From the NCBI GenBank assembly GCA_040880745.1, contig JBBDHX010000010.1, positions 93,040-157,039 of the forward strand: DNA of 64,000 bases. Direction: 5' to 3'. Made by a program: the position numbers and the translations under genes. A model generated the notes under the pieces. The model was given only the letters and a program-made list of their open reading frames with translations. It made no database searches and was not told where the DNA came from. This stretch comes from Actinomycetota bacterium (GTDB lineage Bacteria > Actinomycetota > UBA4738 > HRBIN12). Of this stretch, positions 17,338-25,821 are shown in pieces. How positions within the stretch are numbered: position 1 is the first letter of the stretch; each line of letters starts with the position of its first letter.

Positions 17338-18864
17338 CTACTCGGGGACGTAGAGACCTTCGAGCGGCGACTCCGACGCGGCAAGGGCGGCATCGCAGTC
17401 GCGCTCGAGGAGTTCCGGGACGTCCAGCCGGGGCTCCTGGGAGAAGTCCAGCGCGCCCGAGAGCGGATCCGCGTTCGCGTCGCGCTCGGTGAGGGGCTTC
17501 AGGTCGTAGAGCTGCTCGATGAAGGCCAGCACGCTCGAGAACTCGTACACGGTGGAATCGATCGACCCGCCGTCGGGGTTCTCACCCACCTTCGAATAGG
17601 GACTGATGATGAGCCCGGGCGTCCGGGGGCCGAGCCCCATCACGTCCAGGTGAGGGGGCGGGACGTGGTCGTAGAAGCCGCCGAAGTCATCCCAGACGAC
17701 CACCACGACCGTGGTGGCCCACGCGTCGGACGTGAAGATCGCGTTGAGGTACTCGACCGTCCAGTTCTCGCCCTCGCAGACGTTCGTCCCCGAGCCGGGG
17801 TGCTCGTTCGCGTTGCCTTCGGGTGGGACGAGCCATGAGACCGCGGGCAGATCGCCGCTCGCCAGGTCGGTCAGGATGGTTTCGGGGTCCTGGATGAACC
17901 TCCGCATGGGCCCGTTCCAGATGTGGTCGATCGCTTGGAGACCGTTCATCCACTGGTCGGCCTTGCCGTAGTACTTCCACGACACGCCCGCCTTCTGCAG
18001 GCGGTCGGGCAGCACCGGGATGTCGAAACACGTACGCGTGTCCTCCCAGTACTGCGCGATCCGGATCAGGTTGTCCGGGATGGGATCGTCGGTGATCCGA
18101 TCCTCCAGATCCATGATCCGGCTGAGATCGTCGCCGGAGAGGTCTTCGAACGGGAAGCGCTTCGTGAACTCCTGCGGGTCGTCGCAGTAGGAGCCCTCGG
18201 TATCGGCGTTCGTCTTGTTGTCCACCACACCGTTGGACTGCGCCGCCACCGTGTAGAGATGCTCGGGGAAGGTGGGTCCGTACATCGACGTGAAGAACTG
18301 ATCCGCGAGCGTGAAGCGGTCCGCCAGGGCCCAGTAGTTCGGGATCGTATCCCGGGAATGCTGAACGTAGCCGGAGAGATCGTCACCCTCTCCGATGATG
18401 TTGTAACCGTCCATCTCGCCGCCGTTGATCGAGTACAGGCCGCTCGAGAACCCGTGCGTGATGTCGTGCGGTTGGATGTACGGTGCGACCTTGAGGGGGA
18501 TCTCCTTGCCCGTGGACACCCAATCGCCGGCCTCGTCACGTTCCATCACCTTGCCTACCGTCGTCCCTTCGGCGCCGGGGTACTGACCGTAGTAGTGGTC
18601 GAAGGTGCGGTTCTCCTTGATCAGGAACACGACGTGCTCGATGGGGTTCTCCACGGGCTCGGATGGCAGCACAGAGGGTGACGCACCGTCGGTGGGCTCG
18701 GGGGTTTCGCCCCCGCCGAGCGCTGCGGGCCAGAACAGCCACACCACGATCGCCGCGTTGATGACCAGCACCATCGCGAATGTTCGGCGGCGCGCGATCT
18801 GCTGGCGGGTCGGGCGTCTGCGGCTCGCCGCGGGACGGATGATGGGGCCGGGGCGCTGCTGCAT
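17338..18864 (-). CDS. Phosphoesterase-family protein (phospholipase C / AcpA acid phosphatase family), probably exported
   Basis: I start at the ATG at 18864. The N-terminus RRRTFAMVLVINAAIVVWLF looks like a Tat signal or anchor. Family blocks seen: IEHVVFLIKENRTFDHYYG, PNYWALADRFTLADQFF and VVVWDDFGGFYDHVPPP. Confidence 0.85.
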   Translation of the reverse strand: MQQRPGPIIRPAASRRRPTRQQIARRRTFAMVLVINAAIVVWLFWPAALGGGETPEPTDGASPSVLPSEPVENPIEHVVFLIKENRTFDHYYGQYPGAEGTTVGKVMERDEAGDWVSTGKEIPLKVAPYIQPHDITHGFSSGLYSINGGEMDGYNIIGEGDDLSGYVQHSRDTIPNYWALADRFTLADQFFTSMYGPTFPEHLYTVAAQSNGVVDNKTNADTEGSYCDDPQEFTKRFPFEDLSGDDLSRIMDLEDRITDDPIPDNLIRIAQYWEDTRTCFDIPVLPDRLQKAGVSWKYYGKADQWMNGLQAIDHIWNGPMRRFIQDPETILTDLASGDLPAVSWLVPPEGNANEHPGSGTNVCEGENWTVEYLNAIFTSDAWATTVVVVVWDDFGGFYDHVPPPHLDVMGLGPRTPGLIISPYSKVGENPDGGSIDSTVYEFSSVLAFIEQLYDLKPLTERDANADPLSGALDFSQEPRLDVPELLERDCDAALAASESPLEGLYVPE

Positions 18865-18896
18865 AGCGCCCGAGTCTACCCGGAGGGTCCCTCCGA

Positions 18897-20234
18897 TCAG
18901 GGGAGCAACGCGGTAAGCGCCGCTTCCATCTCGGCCCACGCGGGGTCGCCGATCAGGTCGTGGTCCTGCGCCGGATCGCGCGAGAGATCGAACAGTTCCC
19001 GCTCCCCCGTCGACCATTCGATCAGGACCGCGTCGGCGGTGCGGACACCTCGCCAGCCCGGCACTTCGTCGTCCCCCACCCACCACAGCGGGACGGCCCG
19101 GTCCGCGGGCAGGTCGGTCAGGAGGGAGAGCCCGTCCGCCGGTTCGGGGGCAAGGCCGGCCAGATCGGCGACCGTCGGCGCGACGTCGAGGTTGGTCACC
19201 AAGGAGGACGCGGGCGGGCCGGTCAACCCGGGAGGCCACCGGACAGCGAAGGGCACGCGGATCGACGGTTCGTACGGAACGCGCTTGCCGACCCACCCGC
19301 GCTCCCCGAAGTGCATGCCGTTATCCGACAAGAAGAGCACGACGGTGCGATCCCAGGCCCCCCTGGCAGCGATCGCGTCTGCGAGGGCGTGCAGATGCTC
19401 GTCGACCGCACGCATGGCCTCACCCGCCCGCACACGGGCCCTGGCGAACCGCTCAAGCGCCGCCGGTCCGAGCGGCGGTACAGCTCGCATCCACGCGGGA
19501 GCGTCCGACGGCGCTGGCGGGGGGTCCGTCACCGGGAGACCCTCGAGGTCGCCCTCGTGGCGGGGTGCCGGGGTCCAGGGGGCATGCGGAGCCGGCGGCG
19601 CGAAGACGAGGAACCACGGCCGGTCCGCCGTCGCGGTGCGGACGAACGCGAGGGCCTCGCGGCCGAGCACGTCCGTCACGTAGTCCCCCGGGGCTCTGCC
19701 GAACTGACGCACCGCACCGTTATCGATGACCTGATAGCCGTAGTACGTGGTGTCCAGAGCCTCGTTGGTCTTCGCGAACCATCGGTCCCAGCCAGGGGGC
19801 ACGTACGGTCCGCGGTCCCACGGGTACTCGTTGAGGTACTTGCCGATCAACGCCGTTCCGTACCCCGCATCCTGCAAACGGGTCGCCAGCGTGTGCGACT
19901 CATCGAGGCGCCATCCCGTGTGGTTGTCGACCACGCCGGTGCTCATCGCGGTGCGCCCGGTGAAGATCGTGGCCCGCGAAGGGCAGCACATCGGCGTCGA
20001 TACGACGGCGTCGTCGTAGGCGACCCATCCCGTGGACGGATCCGCGATCTGCGCGTGCAACCACGGCATGGCCGCCGCATCGATCCCGGCGCCTGCCGCC
20101 TGATCGTCGGTGATGACGACCACGATGTTGTACGGCAGCACCGCGGGGGGAGCGGACCCCGGCGCGAGCCCGGCGGCGATCAGGAGAACCACACCCGACG
20201 CGAGGGCCGCGGCGAGCCGCCGCGAGCCACGCAC
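18897..20234 (-). CDS. Sulfatase (Cys-type formylglycine motif)
   Basis: The GTG at 20234 lies 2 nt after the upstream stop, with GGAAGG upstream. Motifs seen: NIVVVITDDQ and the CxPxR motif in STPMCCPSRATIFTGR. The signal/anchor is RRLAAALASGVVLLIAAGLAPG. Confidence 0.88.
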   Translation of the reverse strand: MRGSRRLAAALASGVVLLIAAGLAPGSAPPAVLPYNIVVVITDDQAAGAGIDAAAMPWLHAQIADPSTGWVAYDDAVVSTPMCCPSRATIFTGRTAMSTGVVDNHTGWRLDESHTLATRLQDAGYGTALIGKYLNEYPWDRGPYVPPGWDRWFAKTNEALDTTYYGYQVIDNGAVRQFGRAPGDYVTDVLGREALAFVRTATADRPWFLVFAPPAPHAPWTPAPRHEGDLEGLPVTDPPPAPSDAPAWMRAVPPLGPAALERFARARVRAGEAMRAVDEHLHALADAIAARGAWDRTVVLFLSDNGMHFGERGWVGKRVPYEPSIRVPFAVRWPPGLTGPPASSLVTNLDVAPTVADLAGLAPEPADGLSLLTDLPADRAVPLWWVGDDEVPGWRGVRTADAVLIEWSTGERELFDLSRDPAQDHDLIGDPAWAEMEAALTALLP

Positions 20235-20236
20235 GA

Positions 20237-21007
20237 TCAGCCCGCCTTCCGCAGTTCCCAGATGTGCTCGCCGGGGTAATCGCGCGCCCACGCGGCGCTC
20301 GCATAGTCGGTGTAGGTCGTGCGATCGGCTCCGGGGCCGGGGCGGAGCTCGATGAGGTCCTCGATCGTCAAGCCGGCCGAGCGGAAGATGCGGATCCACT
20401 CCCCATAGGTGAGCCGCCACTCGACCCACGATCCGCTCTCGTCCACCTGCACCTCCCGGCCTGCGTCGAAGTACGGCCGGCGAAGGGCGAGCCCGGGCGG
20501 TTCGTCGTCCTCGCCCCAGAAGACCCCGATGAACGGGGTCGAGATGTTGAACACCAGCCTGCCCCCGGGTCGCAGGACACGGGCAACTTCAGGGATGGTC
20601 CGGCTCGGGTCGGTGAAGGTCGTGGCCCCGTGATCACAGAAGACCAGGTCGAACGAGGCATCGGCGAACGGGATCTCTTCCGCGCTCGCTTGCACGACCG
20701 GGATCCGTACGCCGGTCTCGTCCATGTTGGAGAGACCCGCATGGAGCTGCCTCGCGCTGACATCCAGCCCCGTGACCCGCGCGCCCCGCATCGCGACCTT
20801 GATCCCGCTCTGGCAGGCTCCACAGCCGAGCTCGAGCGCTGCGAGGCCCGAGACCTCACCGAGCGCTCCTACGTCGTCCTCTTCCACGTCCCAGATGCCC
20901 CATCCGAGCCGGCCCCACCTGTTGAGCTGCTCGGCGTTGCGCCCCTGGTACGCCTCGCTCTCGGCCTCCCACGAGGCCGCGTTCAACCGGACGTCCTCGC
21001 GGCTCAC
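20237..21007 (-). CDS. Class I SAM-dependent methyltransferase
   Basis: Motif I is LELGCGACQSG, followed by VTGLDVS ... FDLVFCDHG. The GTG at 21007 forms a GTGA overlap with the upstream stop. The track start at 21019 is also possible. Confidence 0.85.
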   Translation of the reverse strand: MSREDVRLNAASWEAESEAYQGRNAEQLNRWGRLGWGIWDVEEDDVGALGEVSGLAALELGCGACQSGIKVAMRGARVTGLDVSARQLHAGLSNMDETGVRIPVVQASAEEIPFADASFDLVFCDHGATTFTDPSRTIPEVARVLRPGGRLVFNISTPFIGVFWGEDDEPPGLALRRPYFDAGREVQVDESGSWVEWRLTYGEWIRIFRSAGLTIEDLIELRPGPGADRTTYTDYASAAWARDYPGEHIWELRKAG

Positions 21008-22221
21008 CGATCCAGCCACCCCCCGGCGCGATCATGCGTATCGGCCACGATGCCCGCCGCGATGGAGAGTGCGATCTCCTCCGGGGCCTTCCCCCCGAGG
21101 TCCAACCCGAGCGGCGAACGGATCCTCGCCAGGTCCTCTTCGCCGAACCCGAGCCCGCGGAGTTCCTCCACGTAGCGCCCCACGTGCCGCCGCGAACCCA
21201 TCACACCGACGAACCCGACCCCCGCGCGCAGGAGGCTCGCCAGGGCGTCCGTCACACCCGGAGCGTCGTGGTCGGTGAGCACCGCGCAGGCGTATGCCCC
21301 GAGGTCGAGGTCGGCCATCGCTGAGACCGACGGTGCGTCACCGCCCGTGATCCGCTCGGTGCGCTGTTCGACCAAGATCGTTCGGTAGCCGAGGCGGTGC
21401 AGGTGCACACGCAAGGAGCGGGCGATGTCCGTGGCCGACATCACGACCGCCATCGGTGCCGCACGATGCGGCTCGAGATAGACCTCGATGTCGCCCAGAT
21501 CGTGGTGGAAGACCCTCGTCTCGGGCGCGCCCGTAACGTCGACCTCCGCAGCCGCCGCCACGGCCGCCTCATCGAACTCGGCACACCCGAGCGTGCCGCG
21601 GACCTCACCACCCGGCACGATCGACATCGTGCTTCCGACCTGGCACGGCGGCGCGCCGGCGACGATCTTGATCGCCTTCACCTCCACCCGCCTGGGGTCG
21701 GGGCGTTCAGGAACGGGCGAGGCCGCCGGGTGGGCGCCGGTGGCGCCGCCCAGCAGGCCGACGGCGTGGGGCACGACGGGCAGGATCGCTTCGAGCGACT
21801 CGCGCACGCCCTTCGGGCTCCCGGGGAGGTTCACGACGAGCGCGCTGCCGAGGACACCGGCCACGGCCCGGGACAGCGCCGCCATCGGTGTGTGGGCGAG
21901 CCCCGCGGACCGCATGAGCTCGGCCAACCCGGGTGCCTCGCGATCGATCACGGCGCGTGTCGCTTCCGGCGTCACATCGCGGGGACCGAACCCCGTGCCG
22001 CCCGTCGTCACGACGACGGCGTGCGACGCCGCCAAGCGCCGGATCGCAGCCTCGATGACCGGGCGGTCGTCGGGCACGACATCTCGCGTGTTGACATCGA
22101 AGCCGGCTGCGCGCAACAGATCCGAGGCGGCCTCTCCGCTCTCGTCGCTCCTGGTCCCAGCGGTCACACCGTCGGAGACCGTGAGCACCGCGGCGACCGG
22201 GAGATCCTGCATGGCGGTCAT
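21004..22221 (-). CDS. Fusion protein: MogA/MoaB-type molybdopterin domain + XdhC/CoxI-family domain
   Basis: The N-terminal about 165 aa are VLTVSDG...VVVTTGGTGFGPRDVTPEA...VVNLPGSPKG. After a Pro-rich linker, the C-terminal part has the XdhC-like end VMGSRRHVGRYVEELRGLGF...IRSPLGLDLGGKAPEEIALSIAAGIVA. The alternative ATG at 22212 has better SD spacing. Confidence 0.85.
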   Translation of the reverse strand: MTAMQDLPVAAVLTVSDGVTAGTRSDESGEAASDLLRAAGFDVNTRDVVPDDRPVIEAAIRRLAASHAVVVTTGGTGFGPRDVTPEATRAVIDREAPGLAELMRSAGLAHTPMAALSRAVAGVLGSALVVNLPGSPKGVRESLEAILPVVPHAVGLLGGATGAHPAASPVPERPDPRRVEVKAIKIVAGAPPCQVGSTMSIVPGGEVRGTLGCAEFDEAAVAAAAEVDVTGAPETRVFHHDLGDIEVYLEPHRAAPMAVVMSATDIARSLRVHLHRLGYRTILVEQRTERITGGDAPSVSAMADLDLGAYACAVLTDHDAPGVTDALASLLRAGVGFVGVMGSRRHVGRYVEELRGLGFGEEDLARIRSPLGLDLGGKAPEEIALSIAAGIVADTHDRAGGWLDR

Positions 22222-22235
22222 CCTCGCACGGTGAC

Positions 22236-22703
22236 TCAGCCGGTGGCGGCCGCCACCCGGGCGAACGCCGCGAGCACTTCATCCACGAACGCGGGGATCT
22301 TCGTGAGGCTCTTCGCGCGGATGCGAGCGAGCGGCCCGTTGCGGAACGCACCCCCGACGTCCACCACCGCCCCCCGGCCGATCAACCGCGAGGCCATCGT
22401 GGACAGCGTGCCCCGAGGGGCGACGCCGAAGGTGCAGAACACCGCCGCGGGGCGACCGCCGAGGCGGGGGAGCGCATCGATGCCCCGCAAGGCTCCCTCG
22501 GCAGGCCCGACTCGGGCGACGATCTTGCCCGCGGTCCGCGATCCCACGATGAAGGCATCCGCGGCGGCGATCGTCCCCTCATCCACCGTCCCGACGGCTG
22601 CCGCCGTCGCGTCGATGCCGCGGGAACGCAGGTCGTCGCGGATGGCGCGGGCGATCGTGAGCGTGAAGCCGCGCCGGGTCTCGTACAGGACCAGGATCCG
22701 CAT
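22236..22703 (-). CDS. Flavodoxin-fold protein (HemG/Flavodoxin_5-like)
   Basis: I start at the ATG at 22703. The N-terminus MRILVLYETRRGFTLTIARAI resembles the HemG-type N-terminus. It lies 14 nt upstream of the MogA-XdhC gene. Confidence 0.7.
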   Translation of the reverse strand: MRILVLYETRRGFTLTIARAIRDDLRSRGIDATAAAVGTVDEGTIAAADAFIVGSRTAGKIVARVGPAEGALRGIDALPRLGGRPAAVFCTFGVAPRGTLSTMASRLIGRGAVVDVGGAFRNGPLARIRAKSLTKIPAFVDEVLAAFARVAAATG

Positions 22704-22749
22704 GGGCGCTATCCATAGCAGGTCGGCGGCCGGAGCGGCCGGGGTCCGA

Positions 22750-24024
22750 TCAACCCCAGACGTCGATCGCGCGGACAGATCCGACCGTTGCGTAGCGAGA
22801 GAGCGGGCGGAACGCCCACGCACGCACGATGGCCGCCGAGGCGGCGGCGACCGCGAGCGCGGCGCCGAGGTCGTGGACCACGGAACCAGCCCACCCCAGC
22901 GCGGCGGCCAGGATGAGGATGAGCCCCACGTTCGCGATCACCACCTGGCTCCGGCCGCCGAGTTCGCCGACCGCCAACCATCGCCTCCTGTCGTCGGGGT
23001 GCCCGGCGAGAGCCATCGGGAGGAGGTAGGTCCACGCTCCCAGCAGGACCTGCACCGACCAGCCGGCCACGAACACCAGGAGGAACCAGGGACGAGCCGC
23101 GTCGAGCGCGAGGGGGCCGCGGATCGTGGCCCAGGCGAGAGCGACGGAGCCTGCCACGAACCACGCCATCGCCGCGATCACGTGCAGAGCGGCGGCGGGG
23201 ATAGCGAACGACCGCGAGGTGCGCAGGGCCACGAAGGCGATCGAGCACCCGGCCAGGGCCCCCGCCGCGAACATCCATCCCCCGGCGAAGAAGACCCATC
23301 GGGAATCTGCCGCGGCCCCCGCGGCGAGCAACACGATGCCGCCGGCGGCAAGTCCCAGTCCGGGCGCGGCGCGCCGGGCCGGCATCCGGATGCGCAGCAG
23401 CGTCGGCAGGAAGGTCACGAGGGTGGTCAGCACGGTCATCGAGGTGAACCCGAGCACGTTCGCGATCACGTGCGCGCGTCTCAGCGACGCGATGTGGGCT
23501 CCACCGACGAGTCCGGTCCCCACGACCCCACCGAGGGTCGCGCCGACGAGGACGAACGTGACCGCTGCTGCATAGCCGAACACGAGTGCTCCGTGCCGGC
23601 GCACCAGCGATCGCTGCCACGCCCGTGCGACCAGGTGCCCGAGCATCATCATCGACCCCACGAACATCACCCCACCCGAGGCGACGGCCCACGTGGTCTG
23701 CGAGGGCACGCCGATCGCGATCGCCACCACGCCCGACGTCAGCAGTCCGAACCGCGCCCGCACCACCCACGAGGACGGGCCTTCCGTCGCCGTCATCGCC
23801 AGGACGAAGTTCTGCATCGCACCGGAGATGGCCGTCGCCACGGCGCCCGCGAGCGTGAGATGCAGCGGCAGCCACAACCCCGAGCGCAAGCCGACAGGCA
23901 GGGCGAGCGAGACCAGAGCCAGACTCAGCCAGGCTCGCGCGGCGGTTTGGAAGAGCGAGGTCACCGAACGCGGGCGCACAGCGAGCAAGGCTACCGACCG
24001 TGACCCCGGTGCCGTAGGGTCCAT
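22750..24024 (-). CDS. Polytopic integral membrane protein (about 12 hydrophobic segments, several intramembrane His), function unknown
   Basis: It shows continuous hydrophobic helices with His-containing motifs (HLTLAG, MLGHLVARAW, AHIASLRRAHVIANVLGF, AALHVIAAMAWF). Its start is 30 nt from the divergent moaA start. Confidence 0.7.
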   Translation of the reverse strand: MDPTAPGSRSVALLAVRPRSVTSLFQTAARAWLSLALVSLALPVGLRSGLWLPLHLTLAGAVATAISGAMQNFVLAMTATEGPSSWVVRARFGLLTSGVVAIAIGVPSQTTWAVASGGVMFVGSMMMLGHLVARAWQRSLVRRHGALVFGYAAAVTFVLVGATLGGVVGTGLVGGAHIASLRRAHVIANVLGFTSMTVLTTLVTFLPTLLRIRMPARRAAPGLGLAAGGIVLLAAGAAADSRWVFFAGGWMFAAGALAGCSIAFVALRTSRSFAIPAAALHVIAAMAWFVAGSVALAWATIRGPLALDAARPWFLLVFVAGWSVQVLLGAWTYLLPMALAGHPDDRRRWLAVGELGGRSQVVIANVGLILILAAALGWAGSVVHDLGAALAVAAASAAIVRAWAFRPLSRYATVGSVRAIDVWG

Positions 24025-24054
24025 CGCCCCGGCCGATGAGGGTACGCTGAACGG

Positions 24055-25065
<1,011 letters not shown>

Positions 25066-25068
25066 GAC

Positions 25069-25746
25069 TCAGTCCTGCGGGCTGGCATCTTCCAGGGCGA
25101 CCAGCATGCCCTCTAACACCGAGGGGTCGACCGAACCGTCAGACCGCAACCCGATCTCTCCCTCCACATGTTGGATCACGGTGCCGTCGGCGGTGACGAA
25201 GTAGGTCGAGGGGAACCCACCCACACCGAGTCCGCCGTGCAGGGTGAGAGCGGCGTCGTCCACCGCGACGGGGAACGTGAGCCCCTCACCCTCGAGGTAC
25301 CCCGCCGACGTGAAGGCCGTCGACTGCTCCACCGCCGTGCTGATCGTGACGAGCGTGATGTCCGGGTGCGTGCGCATGGTCTCGACGAGCCGGGGGAGTT
25401 CCGCCTGGCAGTGGGGACACCATGGCGCCCAGATCGTGAGCACGATCGGGCCACCGAGGAAGTCCGACCATCGGAGCGTCCCGCTGCCGTCGAGCGCCGG
25501 AGCCGACCATCCGGGGATCGTCTCGCCCGGCGCGAGGGGCGGTCCCGCGTCGCGCGCGATCGTGACCGACCCCGCGGGAGACGGCTCGCCCACCGTCCCG
25601 CCGCCGGACGTGACGACGACCGCCACCAGCGCGGCCACGATCACCGCCGCGCCCAACGCCAGCCAGGTTCGCCGCGCGGACGAGGAACTCCGCCGCGGGG
25701 AAGGCCCGGTCCTACGGCGTGTTCGAGCCTTCCGCGCGTTCGTCAT
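25069..25746 (-). CDS. Membrane-anchored TlpA/ResA-like thiol-disulfide oxidoreductase
   Basis: I start at the ATG at 25746. The TM anchor is WLALGAAVIVAALVAVVV. The thioredoxin motif is WAPWCPHCQAELP. Confidence 0.85.
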   Translation of the reverse strand: MTNARKARTRRRTGPSPRRSSSSARRTWLALGAAVIVAALVAVVVTSGGGTVGEPSPAGSVTIARDAGPPLAPGETIPGWSAPALDGSGTLRWSDFLGGPIVLTIWAPWCPHCQAELPRLVETMRTHPDITLVTISTAVEQSTAFTSAGYLEGEGLTFPVAVDDAALTLHGGLGVGGFPSTYFVTADGTVIQHVEGEIGLRSDGSVDPSVLEGMLVALEDASPQD

Positions 25747-25821
25747 GGAACCATCACCCTTCGAGTGTCTCCCAACCGTCCGCGAACGCCCGGGGGCCAC
25801 CCGGCCCGCAGGGTCAGTGCC

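Noticed and set aside
21397-24003. Very long ORFs with no family resemblance. Examples are 21397..24003 + (868 aa), 9070..11229 + (719 aa), 37112..38929 + (605 aa), 38926..40617 + (563 aa), 5481..6776 - (431 aa), 524..1627 + (367 aa) and 11773..13035 - (420 aa).
   Set aside because: Each lies antisense or out of frame to a gene with clear family motifs (MogA-XdhC, membrane protein, helicase/PRK, MFS, groEL, lipoprotein, MMPL, transketolase). Their translations are Arg/Pro/His/Gly/Asp-rich and low in complexity. Open shadow frames are expected in DNA this GC-rich.
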